Positions 29,418 through 43,760 are shown, counted from the stretch's first letter. The stretch is DNA of 64,000 bases from Octopus sinensis (GCF_006345805.1 NC_043000.1:86490001-86554000); one strand, 5' to 3'. The notes: generated by a model not told the origin, from the sequence alone. Translations and numbers: made by a program.

Positions 29418-30289
29418 ATACTGAAATCCATTCAAAAAATTTAAAACAAAGATAACATTTCCAAAAAGATTTAGATTTTTAAATTGAATCTGCAACATTA
29501 CAAACATGAAAATTTACAAGAAATATTTAAAAACTTTGCATGAGTTTAGCAAAAATAGATAAATATATTTAAAAATTTTCAATAATTATAATTCTTGAAA
29601 TAAAAAAAACAAACTTTATTTGTGCCTAATAATTATATGTAATTTCAAATATTTCTGAGCAACATTTCATGTTGATGTTTTGTTTCCAAAAATGATATAA
29701 ATCTAACAAAATATGAATTTCAAGAAAAAAAAAAAGAGTAAATGGTGACAATATAGAAAACTTAAGGTGAACTTGAAAGGAGTTTCACCAATAAAAGCAA
29801 CAAGAAAATTATAGAATTACTAATTGAGGAGATATAATCATGAAACTAATGATATAGCTTTGTGCAAGATCCTATAAACATTGAATTATTAAATCATTGC
29901 CAATTTTTCAAATTAAATTTATGTCTATTTTTAAATCTGTTCCATCTATTCCTGTTCTGATGTGTTATTTGCTTCAGTAATATAGATTTTCTATTCTATT
30001 GACCTCATCTTTTAAATATCTGTTTTGCACTATATTTTCAATGATTTATATTTTCTTCAGGGGCTAGGCTAAGAGTAAACTCAGATCCACAGTGATTCAA
30101 CATCCTTATCCATGATAGGATTGTGCTGCAAAATATATCAAGCAAAATACAGAGTAGAGATAAAAATAAAATATAACATTAATATTGTAAAGAAATCTAA
30201 CTAGATTTTCTTCAATCATGACTTTTTACAACTGTAGATTTTCTTTACCAAGAGCAGGACTGTGCAAGATGTTTCTGTAAAGCATAAAA

Positions 30290-30515
30290 CTCCTTCCTGA
30301 GTCATAGATTCATAAGGCCAGTTTCCCAGATTCTGCGGTGTAAATATCTCCCACTGGATGAGATACCAATCTCATTTTCGCCAGTTGAGTGAACTGGGTT
30401 AACATGAAATAAAGTCTTTTGCTCTAGAACACAACACATTGCCTGATTTAGAAATGGAAGCAACAATCTTACAATAACAAGTCCAACAATCTGAGCAATA
30501 AGCCATACACTTCCA
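30290..30515 (-). mobile_element. tRNA-type SINE family D
   Basis: Similar to 53584-53849(-), 45550-45752(+), ~36870-37130(-) and ~57145-57290(+). Confidence 0.7.
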
Positions 30516-30940
30516 CTTTCACATTTTTGTCAAAGGCTAGAATTGCCCATGCCTGCAAGTATCTTATCTCCATACCTAGCACATTGAATGCTATCTCAGA
30601 TAATGTTTGCAAAATGTAAAATATATTTTTAACATAATTTACGTTTATACATTACAATGTTGTATATGTATATGTAGTGTGTGTGTGTGTGTGTTGTCCA
30701 ACCTGTGCCAATATGGAAAACAGATGTGTGTGTGTGTATTCATGCTTATATACACACACATGTACATATATATATATATATGTATATGAGCATACAAACA
30801 TACATACATAAATACGGTCTTCTTTCAGTTTCCATCTGCCAAGTCTACTCACAGGCTTTGGTCAGCACTATGATATAGTAGAAGACTATGTACATATATC
30901 ATGGGGATTCATTTGAAGAGAGCCTCTGATATATATATAT

Positions 30941-31118
30941 CATCATCATCATCGTTTAACGTCCGTTTTCCGCGCTAACACAGGTTGGACGGTTCGACCG
31001 GGGTCTGGGAAGCCAGGGGCTGCACCAGGTTCCAGTCTGATCTGGCAGAGTTTCTACAGCTGGATGCTCTTCCTAACGCCAACCACTCTGCGAGTGTAGT
31101 GGGTGCTTTTTACGTGCC
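30941..31118 (-). mobile_element. RTE 3'-tail fragment with (CAT)n
   Basis: Reverse complement of the tail at 9270-9455. Similar short tails at 17840-17995(+), 34730-34870(-) and 55890-55932(+). Confidence 0.85.
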
Positions 31119-31148
31119 ATATATATACATACATATATATATACATAC

Positions 31149-31183
<35 letters not shown>

Positions 31184-31948
31184 CATATATATATAATATA
31201 TATAATGATATATATATATATATATATACATATATATAATATATATATACATAAATATATAATATATATTATATATTAAATACATATATATATACATACA
31301 TATATATATATACATACATAATATATATACATACATATATATATATACATAAATATATATCCTACATATATATATATACATACATATATTCATATATATA
31401 TACATATCTACTATATTCATATTATATATACATATATATATACATATATATATATACATATGTATATTCATTATATATACATATATATATACATATATAT
31501 ATACATATATATATACATATACATATATATTACATATATATATATATCATACATACATATATATATATACCCATATCTATATATATACAATATATATACA
31601 TACATATAGATTATATATCATACATATATATATACATATATTATTAATACAATATATATATACATTATATATACATATATATATATATACATATATATAC
31701 ATATATATATACATATAGATATATTCAATAATATATACATATTATATACATATAATATTCATATATATATACATATATATATTCATATATATATACATAT
31801 ATATATATATATAATATATATATATATATTTATATATATCTATATATACATATATTATATATATATATACATATATATAAACAAGTCAAATTGCGATAAA
31901 ATAAAATTAACATTATATATACATATATATATATACATATATATATAC

Positions 31949-31979
<31 letters not shown>

Positions 31980-31980
31980 G

Positions 31981-32024
<44 letters not shown>

Positions 32025-32444
32025 CATATATATATACATATATATATTCATCTATATATACATATATATATATATTCATTATATATACATATATATATAC
32101 ATATATATATTCATATATATATACATATATATATACATCTTATATATACATATATATATATACATAATATATATACATATATATATACATTATATATATA
32201 TACATAGATAAACAAGTGAAATTGCGATAAAATAAAATTAACATATATATATACATATATATATACATATATATATAACATATATATACATATATATATA
32301 CATATATATATATACATATATATATACATATATATATACATATAATATATATATACATATATATATATATACATATTATTATATATATATATATATAATT
32401 ATATACATATATATATACATATATAATACATATATTATATATAC

Positions 32445-32483
<39 letters not shown>

Positions 32484-32511
32484 GATACATAATATATATA
32501 TACATATATAT

Positions 32512-32547
<36 letters not shown>

Positions 32548-32560
32548 CATATATATACAC

Positions 32561-32616
<56 letters not shown>

Positions 32617-33121
32617 ACATATATATACATATATATATCCTATACATTAATATATATATGTATATATATATAAATATATATATACCATATATATACATAT
32701 ATACATATATATATACATGTATTATATATGTATATATATATATATATGTAATATATATATATATATATCATATAATATATATATATATATTACCATAATA
32801 TAAATATATATATATATAATATATACATATATAAATATATATATATATATATAATACATCTCCTTAATATCCATATATACTATATATATATCATATATAT
32901 AATATCTATAATATATATAATATCTATATATATATATATTATTATAATATATATATAATATATATATATAATATATTAGTATATATATATCATATATATC
33001 TTTATATATCTACTATATATGTATATATATATACTATATATACATATATATATAATATATATATATCTATATCATATATATACATAATATATATTATATA
33101 CATATATATAAATATATATAC

Positions 33122-33173
<52 letters not shown>

Positions 33174-33180
33174 TATATAA
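31119..33180. repeat. ~2 kb degenerate (TA)n tract with a duplicated 32-bp island
   Basis: AACAAGTSAAATTGCGATAAAATAAAATTAAC at ~31880 and ~32211. Confidence 0.95.
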
Positions 33181-33319
33181 TGATAATAATAATGATAATC
33201 CTTTCTACTATAGGCACAAGGCCTGAGATTTTAGAGGTGGGGGCAGTCGATCAGATCAACCCCAGTATGCAACGGGTACTTAATTTATCGACCCCCAAAA
33301 GAATGAAAGGTAAAGTCAA

Positions 33320-33652
33320 ACTTGTCCAAAGCCATGATTCAAGAACACAAATGGGAAGTGTTGCCCATCCTCCATACCCTCCAGACTTGGTGCATCAGAT
33401 TTTCATCTCTTTTGTTTACTTTCAAACGCTTTGTGTGGTGTATCATTCAGTAATGGACATGGAATTGAGGGCTTGGTTGGACGAATTATTTGAGTCAAGA
33501 CTGGGAGATATCTATTGCCGAGACATCGAAAAACGTATTGAACGATGAGAGGAAGATGTATACAACAATAGAGAGTATATCATTGATAAATTTATTGTAA
33601 TTTTTTTGTTTAAAATAAATTTGAAAAAAACGCTCATGAATTATTCCACAAC

Positions 33653-33657
<5 letters not shown>
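33320..33657 (+). mobile_element. mariner transposase 3' fragment with right TIR
   Basis: WEVLPH/HPPYPPDL (the HPPYSPDL motif)...ELRAWLDELFESRLGDIY...ER*EEDVYNNREYIID*. Ends GAATTATTCCACAACACAA|TA. Confidence 0.85.
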
Positions 33658-33692
<35 letters not shown>

Positions 33693-33696
<4 letters not shown>

Positions 33697-34004
33697 CATG
33701 ATCACTGTGACCGACCAGGCTATCAGATGTTGCTACACATCGCTGGTCACAATGTGCTTCACATTGTTTTAGCCTTCAAATGACGCCACCCTGCTGGCTA
33801 AGCGAGCAGGCCAACAGAAGAAAGAGTGAGAGAAAGTTGTGGTGAAAGAGTACAGCAGGGATCAGCACCACCCACTCCCGGAGCCTCGTGGAGCTTTAGG
33901 TGTTTTCGCTCAATAAACACTCACAATGGTCGGTCTGGGAATCGAAACTGCAATCCTACGACTGCAAGACCACTGCCCTAACCACTGGGCCATTGCGCCT
34001 CCAC
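33693..34004 (-). mobile_element. tRNA-derived SINE family C
   Basis: Head TGGAGGCGCAATGGCCCAGTGGTTAGGG...GTTTCGATTCCC with A/B boxes. Near-identical plus-strand copy at 62666-62970. Confidence 0.85.
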
Positions 34005-34269
34005 ATATATATATGTATGTATATATGTATAATATAATATAAATATATATATATTATATGTATCTTTATGTGTTTGTGCCTGTGTGTGTGTGTGTAATAT
34101 CATGGGAGCCATGAGGGAACTAGAGCAACTTACTATACAAAACTAAAGAGTCACACTTTCACACATGACAAGCTCATGTACATGTTTTCCATGGTTGACC
34201 AAACACTTCCGTCACAAAAACAGAGGCAGATTTGATGCAAGACAAACCATCCCTGATGCTACACAGTAC

Positions 34270-34475
34270 AATAAGGAGATACTACACCCTCACCAGAAGC
34301 ATCAAGCTGAAACTTCTAGAATGCTGATTTAGTTAATAGCCTTGCATGGATGTGAAGCATGAGCCCTGAGGGAGGCTGGCAGCAAATGACTGATGGTGTT
34401 CAAGATGATGTACTACAGATGGGTGATGTAGATCAGTTGGGTTCCCAGAGTGATTCAGTCTAAGAAGAAATAATA
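34270..34475 (+). mobile_element. RTE LINE RT C-terminal relic (different family)
   Basis: IKLKLL...IALHGCEA*ALRE...LMVFKMMYYRWVM*ISW. Confidence 0.6.
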
Positions 34476-34893
34476 GTACTGATGATGGTCAGATGGCAAA
34501 AACTGTAATGTTTGACAATATTATCAAGGCCCAGAACCTCTGTACATGTATCAACATTGGCTGGATGGATAGACAATGAGTTTGCAAGTAACAAAGACAG
34601 AGTGATGACTTCAAGAATTGGATATGTTAAGGATCTTGGCAGAGTGTACGGCCATACAAGACTGCAGTGTGTGGTGAAGAGTAGTGGATGTGTCATAAGC
34701 CAATGAGATGGGAGTAGTCCTTCATAGATCATCATCGTCAGCAGCAGCAGCATTTAACATTTTTGATTCATGCTGAAATGGGTTGGATGGTATTGTGTCA
34801 AACTCCAATGTCTGCTTTAGCATGGTTTGGTTTCTATGGCTGAACGACCTTCTGAATACCAACTACATTAGAATACCAACAACATCCATGCGT

Positions 34894-35355
34894 GGATGTG
34901 GGTTCGAATCCCATGTGTATGGGAAAGTCTACTTTTTTCTGTGGAGGACTTATCTGCCCCATTATTAGACTATTTTTCTTAGTCATTTGCATGGTGATCG
35001 CTATAAGCTATAAGCAAATAAAAAATACCGTTATTATTATTTACAGGATTGAAAACTCGACCATGCTTAACAAACCATTTGCACTGAAAGCACATAAAGT
35101 TTGTTTACAAAAACAACTATGAACTAATATAGTTCTTAAATTTGACAGAAAGGAGCAGGCTGGTTCACTGGTGTAATCAATAACACAGTCGTGTTACGAA
35201 AGGGATGTGGATTTGAGTCCCATGCATACGGGAAAGCCTACTTTTTTCTGTTAAGGGCTTATATGCTCCATTATTAGACTACTTTCCTTAGTCATTTGCA
35301 CAGTGATCGCTATAAGTTTTAAGCTTATAAAAAATACTGTTATTATTCTTTACAG
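34894..35355 (+). repeat. 1.5-copy 309-bp tandem unit containing a tRNA-like A/B-box module
   Basis: 34894-35046 resembles 35203-35355. TGGTGTAATC...GTGGATTTGAGTCCCA and GTGGGTTCGAATCCCA. Confidence 0.7.
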
Positions 35356-35364
35356 ATATATATA

Positions 35365-35968
35365 TCATCATCATCATCATTTAACGTCCATCTTCCATGC
35401 TGGCATGGGTTGGATGGTTTGACTGGGGACTAGCAACCCAGGAGGCTGCACCAGACTCCAGTCTGATCTAGCAATGTTTCTACAGCTTGATGCCCTTCCT
35501 AACACCAACCACTCCGAGAGTGTAGTGGGTGCTTTTTATGTGCCACCTGCATGGGAGCCAGTCAGGATGGGGAGGGGCTGGCATCGACCACATTCGGATG
35601 GTGCTTTTTACGTGCCACCGGCACAGGAGGCACTCAGGGCAGGGGGGGGGGTATCGACCATGTCTGGATCATGCTTTTTACATGCCACTGACATGGGGAG
35701 CCAGTCAGGCGGCACTGGCAATGATCCACGTATGCAGGAGCCAGTCAGGCTGCACTAGCATCGCCCACAACTACAATTTCCATTTGATTTGATTGTGATT
35801 TTGATTTTGATTTTACTTGACTCAATAGGTCTCCTCAAGCATGGCATGTCGCCTGACAATTCAGAGGTACTTTTTAAATGGGCTGGTTATGTGACACTGG
35901 TCTAGGCTACGGCTGTGATCTCACTTTACTTCCCAGGTCTTCTCAATCACAGCATATCTTTCATCATT
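35365..35968 (-). mobile_element. RTE 3' UTR element, single-copy relative of the 7196-9455 array unit
   Basis: Same module order: ORF-end GAGAAGACC motif, CTTGAGGAGACCTATTGAGTCAAGTAAAATCAAAATC, GTGGCACRTAAAAAGCA sub-repeats, then the tail. Confidence 0.8.
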
Positions 35969-36392
35969 GCCTCCTATGTCCCTGGTAATGGACCTGATTG
36001 ACTTGGAGGGATTATTGTCAATCATGACCTGGATCTCACCAACAAATTTAGGAGTTCTTTTCTTATCAGAACAATCAGAGTGAGTTTTCCGAGCTGTCGT
36101 ACCTTCATGATCACCATTAGACTCATCCAACTCTTTCTGAATCCTTTGCACTATCCTCAGATTGACACCCAAACACTCTGAAATGTTCGTATTGGAACTT
36201 CCAGTATGAATACTAAGCAGTACAGCATGTTTCCAAATTCCTGGCAGAATGAATTGTATCATGGTCCTGTTTTTTCCACAGATGGTGCCCAATGACCCTA
36301 CTATACTGTGTGATTGACAAAATCAAAATCAAACAATGTACATGTGTGAAATTAAAAATATAAGATGGTGACAGTTTATCCATCGCACCCTG
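35969..36392 (-). mobile_element. Tc1/mariner-superfamily element, 5' part (TIR plus N-terminal HTH)
   Basis: Starts CAGGGTGCGATGGATAAA. ORF NISECLGVNLRIVQRIQKEL...KKRTPKFVGEIQVMIDNNPSKSIRSITRDIG. Confidence 0.75.
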
Positions 36393-37454
36393 TGTATATA
36401 TCATCAGTCAAGCTACCAATCATCATTACAGTTTTGGCCTATTACACTTGAGACTGTTCAAAATTGGTAGGCCCCAAATATCTAAGCTAAAGGCATTAAA
36501 TTTTTGGAAGAAAGCAAGCAAATGAATATGTGTGATAACACAGACAAAAGAAAATGAGAAAATGGAGAAAGTGTTACATGATTACAAATACAAACAATAA
36601 GAACAACAACAGGTGTCTTTCAACTAATAAGGACAAGTTAAATTGAGCTGGCCTTTAAAGTGGAAGCCTTAAGGCACAAACATAGATGAAAGTCAGGAGA
36701 CAGGAAAATAAGGTGTTGTGTGGATGGCAGTCAAGCTAAGAAAGAACGATCATGCTTGGCTGAACACCAATCACGTGGGAGGAACAGAGAGAGGTAGGAG
36801 GCGGAGGGATTGAAGAATTAGGAAAGGTGACTCTCACATCGTTAGATGACAGATAAGGGTTCCACAATTTTTTGCCAAACAACAGCTGCCCAGATGGTTT
36901 GTTTATAGTGATCAAATGTTTATATTGCACATAAACTCACTTCTTCCATCAAATCAACATTGGCTGCATAGATGCACAAGTGTGCCACACATCAGATGTT
37001 GGAATGGTTGCTGAGCAACATAAAACAAAGTGTTTTGCTCAAGAACAAAACACATCACCTGGTCTGGGAATCAAAACCACGATCTCATGAGTGTGCATGC
37101 AGCACCCAAATCATTAGGCCATGTACTTTCACTACAAACACACACACACACATGATGGGATTATTTCAGTCTCCATCTACTAAATCCTCTCACAAAGTTT
37201 TAGTTGGCCTGGGGTTATATTGGATGACACTTGCCCAAGATGCCCTACAATGAACTGAATCCAAGACCATATGGTAGGGAAGAAATCTTCATAATCACAC
37301 AGTCATGCCTACACTTATGAGGTTATTAGAATAAGTAATACAAGTTTTAAAATATTAGTATAATCAATACATGACTAATAATATGGCAGTATAAGTAGAC
37401 ATGGTAAAAATGAGAAAATGGAAAAGACCTAATAAATTAGTTTAAAGTATGATG

Positions 37455-37602
37455 CACACCATTTATAAAGGGTACTATTAAGAATATGTTATCACATTTA
37501 GCAAGCAACAGAGAAGGTTGATATATTTGAATATATCAACCTTCTCTGTTGCTTGCTAAATGTGATAACATATTCTTAATAGTACCCTTTATAAATGGTG
37601 TG
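37455..37602. repeat. Perfect inverted repeat with 73-bp arms and a 2-nt spacer
   Basis: 37455-37527 is the exact reverse complement of 37530-37602 (checked base by base). Confidence 0.97.
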
Positions 37603-37804
37603 ATGACATGCTGATATATCTGATAAGAATGTAATGATATGCAAAAAGGGTCTAACATGTGTGATAGCAAAATTACAAATGGTATAAGTAACCAAAATGA
37701 CATTCAAAGTGAAGTATGAGGGCACAGGCAAAAAATAAACAAAAAGAAAAAAAACCAACATTATGAATATTGAAGCATGATAGCATCTTAACCAAAGAAG
37801 TGGT

Positions 37805-37901
<97 letters not shown>

Positions 37902-38931
37902 ATGTGCTGTGTTGTGTTTTCAGTTTGGGTAGTGGGGTGTTATCACTGCTGATAATAGCTTGGTAAGTATGCTGACATGGCGACATAGCTTGCATTGCAG
38001 TGTTAAGTGTGGGGGCATGCTAACAGGTTTTGAATATACTGGCAGCAAAAGGTACGACATACTAATAGATCCTGTAATATACAGGTAGTAAATGTGATGA
38101 TGCACAGACATAATTGAAAGAGTGGTTGTAAACACAGACATGCCAACAGAAATGGTATTGCATAACATAGTGCCATAATGGTTAATATGATGACATGCCA
38201 ATAACATTGATTTTTATGTAGAAATTAAATAAGAGAGACCATCAAGAAAGTTATGATGTATTTGATGCCATTTATTTACCATTTTAAAGACTGCTTCCAA
38301 AGAGAATTCAAAAAGTTCTTCGATAAATAAAAATAAAACAGTCCATGAATATCAACAAAAAAGAAATTAAAATGTCTTTAAGGAATAAATATTAATTCTG
38401 ACAATAACAGTTACATAATTTTGAATGTATTATTCTTCAGATCATTGAACTACAAATAAATAAGAGATTTCATAAAAATTTAACAAATTAAAATGCAATG
38501 AAAATTTTGCTTGATCAATTAAGTTTTTTTCTTTAAAAAAATATTCTACATATACACCAATAAAGCAACTTTATGAAGAATTAATGGTGACTTTGATGTA
38601 AATCATATTTAACAGTATATGAACCAGTTTGAGATAGAAAAGAGCACAGACTCTCAGACAATACTAACTTGGACATAGTAGAATAACCTATTCTGCTAGC
38701 ACTAAATGACAGACAAATCATCTTGTAGATGTAAAATAGTAGGTAAAATAGCAGAAACAATTTATAGTTCCTAGCTTGAAAAAGAAGGGTAAATACTCAA
38801 TGTAATCAATAATATGGTTACCCTGCAAGCAATAAATATGTGCTTCAAGTCCTATCAGGTGGCTTATTGCTCTCATTTCTGAGTTAAACCCAATAAAATT
38901 TTCCTTCAGTTAAATGCATGGTTAAAATAAT

Positions 38932-39141
38932 CCTTTCTCTAATAGGCACAAAACCTGAAATTTGTGGATAGGGGGCTAATCAATTACATCAACCCCATTG
39001 CTCAACTAGTACTTATTTCCTCAACACTGAAAGGATGAAAGACAAGGTCAACCTTGGCAAAATTTGAACTCAGAATGCAAAGATGTATGAAATGTTGTTA
39101 AGCATTTTGTCCAGCATGCTAATGATTCTACCAGTTTGTCA
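38932..39141 (-). mobile_element. SINE family A copy with 16-bp target-site duplication
   Basis: GCATGGTTAAAATAAT at 38916-38931 and 39142-39157. Confidence 0.85.
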
Positions 39142-42100
39142 GCATGGTTAAAATAATGTTTAAATATTGTAACAGAAATTTACAATTTGTTGCTTTAAAA
39201 ACAGGTTCATCTTCAATCCTCACAGAAACATTTATTATAAAAAGTCTCAACTAGGTGACTGGTTTATACATTTCTAAAGATAATAGTAATATTTATATCA
39301 GTTAAGGTAGCAAATTGGTAGAATCATAAGAGCTTTAGAAAAAAATATCCTGTGGCATTTCTTCCTGCTCTTTACCCTCTGAATTCGAATACCAGTGAGG
39401 TCAACTTTGCCTTTCATCCCTCCAGGGATGATAAAGTAAAATAACAGTCAAGCATTAGATCATACCAACTAACCATTCTCTCAAATTTCAGACCTTTTGC
39501 CTACATTATGAACAACATTTAGAATAATTGGCATTCAAAAACCCATTTTAAAAGGCAACAACAAACCAAATTTTCTCTGATTCTTTTTTTTTCTAAATAA
39601 TTCACAGTGTAAGACAGGATTGCTGTACTTCTCATATAAACATCATATATTTAGAAAACTGTACAACATTTTAACCACAATAAAGAGCATGTTTTCTCAC
39701 ACTAGCATGGATTGAACATTAGCATACATATTTAATTTTAATAGATCAATCTTTCTTCATATCATTCACTTTGATCATAATCATAATCCATTTCCTCATG
39801 GAATAAAGTATATCTAACCAATAGAAACAAGGGTAGGCAGGTGGGGTCAGACTTTGATAAACACTGTCTATTTGAATATAGGAAATTTATCAACTACATT
39901 CCCAAAACATTTTTTTGCCATGAAAAATGGCATAAAAGATATAATATATTTAATAGCCAAAATTTTAAAATTGTATAATGATGTTGTTGAAATTAAAAGC
40001 GGACATTAACATCATAATTGCCAGAGAAGCAAAACATTAAATCTGTGATGGTGGTAGTGAGTGTGACTGATGATGGTAAAGATTATGATGATTGCATAAA
40101 CATTTTATGGCAGTTAAGTTACAAGATGTACTATTGAGTAAAAATTGAATAGTGTATGAAGGAAATTTGCAGCACAAGATAAACAAATTTGATATAAAAT
40201 GGTATCTCTTTAGAGATAGGGTGAAAACATAACTCCTGGATTCAATCTACAATAAGACAATTTCTTCTGCTTCATTTTATCTGGTTAGAAAATAAGTAAT
40301 CTGTCTATCTGAATAAAGTTCATTCGTGATGGAAACAGCCAACTCATGTCAAAATAAGCGCAGAGTTTTATTTATTGTGATTAAACTAAATCTGGCCAAA
40401 AGAATCATCATTTCAAAGATGAGATGATAATAATGATGATGATGATGATAATGATGGTGGTGGTGGTGGTGATGATGATATGATGATGATGGTAGTGATA
40501 GTTGTAGAAATGGAAGTAATGATGTCAGCAATAATGAAGATAATGTTTAGCCTAAGGTAAACTCTGATCAAATATATCTCTAAACAAAAGGTAATCCAGC
40601 TATGAGCTTTTCTATCACATTTTTAAGATAGTGTCTCTCAAGTCACATTACCCAATGTGCCCTGTCATTTTTTACTCTTTATTTTTTAACTCTTTTTTTT
40701 TTTTGTTAAATTAGTGGTGAGTGATTTAAGGAAGATTTAGGTGCTACTTTTAGCAAGTGAAGTAATCACAAATGAAAGATCCCTTGTTAGCTGTTGACAA
40801 TGACGATGATGTGGAGGAGGAGGGGATGGGAAGAAGAGGAGGAGGGAGAGAGAGCAGGGGAGAAATGAAGGTGGTGATGGTGGTGGTAGAGGAAGAGGCA
40901 GAGGAGGAAGGTTGGATTCTAGTGGAGTAACATCTTTGATATGGAACTATGTTCAGAATGGAATGTGAACTGCGCCATTAAACTCACCAAAGAAATTCGC
41001 AATAGAAATTCTGAAATCACAATTCAGTCTACCATTTTCAACTCAAAGACTGCAAATTGCCATAGATAAATAGGATGTTGGACAGAATTCTTTGTGATAG
41101 TTTTTCTAACTTCCAGCATTCTGAGTTCAAATTCTGCTCAAGTCAACTTTGTCTTTCATTCCTTTGATAGAAGGGGAATAAATAAAGTCTCAGTCATATT
41201 AAAGTATCAGTCTTTCCCTCTCTTTCTCTCCTCTCCCTATCACTTGCTCTCATTCTCTTTCTTTTGCTCTCTATCTTCTGTCTCCTCTCTTTCTCTTTTC
41301 TCTCTCTCTCTCTCTCTCTTACTTTTTGTCTTTTGCTCTCTGTCCTACTCACTTCCTCTTTTTCCTCTTTATCTCTCCTCTCTCCCCTCCTCTCTCTCCC
41401 TTTTCCCTATTCCCACCCCCGCTCTCACTGTGTCAGCTATGTGTAAAGGCCATGAATGGAACATTCACAATAGTGACTGCCTATACTTTTGTCACTATTT
41501 TAGGGACACACGAAAAAAAGAAAGAACTTCAACTCAAATTGCAACCTTTGACATCTATAAGAACAGTGACCATATCAATAACAACACCACTGTGAGGATA
41601 GTGATGGTGATGATGATGATTATAATGATGACAATGATGATGATGACAATAATGATGATTACAAGGATGAAAAATGTCAGTGATGATGATAACAATGCAT
41701 CATTTTAAAATATATCTCAGTCAACAATGAAAAGGACACCAAACATCTTAAAACTAAAATCTAATAATAATGCTACCAAAATCAAATTAAGATATTTTTT
41801 TAAAATCCTATTGCAAAGTATTGGCCTTTAGCAAACAAGCAAGTGTTATCTATATAGTTATTAAAAACAAAAATAAATTGTTGACCTGAATAGAAGAATG
41901 CTGGACTAAATGTTCTATTGTTACTAATACTTCCGTCTATCTTTCCACAATAAGTACCTGGCTGAATTTACTATATCCTTTCTCCAAAAAGGCATGGTCT
42001 TGTCTTGACCATCTTTATTTATTTAAAAGTAAGCAGAAATTTGTGCTTCCAATGACATCCTGTATATAGCTTTAAAACTTTTTCACTTCACACAAACTAT

Positions 42101-42336
42101 GTTAGCTATGATTTGTATATTTTTAAGTGTGCACTGTCACAATCACTACCACCACCCTCCTCTGTGTCTACCTCTCCCAGTTGTCATTGTAACTGGCAGT
42201 ACTGCTGACTGTGCTGTCATCATTTATATGTTTTTCAATACTTACAAGGTATGTATGAAGTAACTTCAGCTAAAGCTCAGCTCTAGTTTTTTTAGAATGA
42301 AGCAGCTTAAACAAATGCCCTCTGAGATATAACACA

Positions 42337-42698
42337 AACCTATTGCCAGTACCTATTACAAATAACTATTGCAGGTAACTACTGCAGGTAATTATTGCAG
42401 GTAACTATTACCAGTAATTATTGCAGGTAAAAATTGTGGGTAACTATTGCATGTAAGTATTATAGGTAGCTAATGCAGATAGCTATTACAGGTAACTGTT
42501 ATTTGTAACTAGTGCAGATAACTATTTCAGGTAACAGTTGCATATAACTATTACAGGTAGCTATTGCAGATAACTATTACAAGTAATTATTATAGGTAAC
42601 TATTGTAGGCAACTATTTCTGATAGCTATTGCTGGTAATAAGTGTGGATAAGAATTGCAGGTAATAACTGCTGGTAAGTATTGAGAGTAGCTATTGCA
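42337..42698 (+). repeat. Degenerate 13-bp minisatellite, consensus TAACTATTGCAGG, ~27 units
   Basis: Seen directly. Confidence 0.9.
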
Positions 42699-43179
42699 TT
42701 AAAAAATCCTCATACTTTTTGCAACAGCAAGTGAACTGAAGCAAGGATAGTGAAGTGTTTTTTCCCAAAGAAACAAAAAGACACTAAATACTTTATCCAT
42801 TTGGCCATCTTATTTCAGAACTAATTACAGTCTATCTGGGTAATAATGGATGTATATCTACTTGGATTATGTTGTATTCTACATGAAGAACAAGCTTCTA
42901 CTTTCCATGGTTTGACTGACTTTGCGTGACTGGCAAAAACAAGTTTATGATTGAGTAATTAGCAGTAGGAAGAGAATTCAGCTAAAAACACCTGCTCCCA
43001 TAAAGATCAATCTCACCTATGTAAACATTTGTTAATGGTGTAAAATTGTTACATAAATTATAACAAGGTCTAGAAATCTCTATTTCGTTTAAATTTCTTC
43101 AACATCTATTTATCAATTTGTCATAATAGTATCAACATGAAGTCATTTACTTTTTATATTTATCTTTCCTCTTTCACTT

Positions 43180-43760
<581 letters not shown>

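Noticed and set aside
33930-34004. tRNA-like sequences in SINE heads (also 53780-53849, 56041-56115, 62666-62740)
   Set aside because: They continue into multi-copy SINE bodies and lack a proper acceptor stem, so they are not tRNA genes.
40988-41010. Minus-strand 23-nt TTTCAG|...|GTGAGT microexon-like pattern
   Set aside because: The pyrimidine tract is weak and such a pattern is expected by chance in 64 kb.
41094-41708. Longest ORF (204 aa), with CKGHEWNIHNSDCLYF resembling a C-type lectin start
   Set aside because: The ORF is stitched from a SINE relic, a CT-rich tract and an ATG repeat. Cys-Trp spacing is off and downstream lectin motifs are absent.
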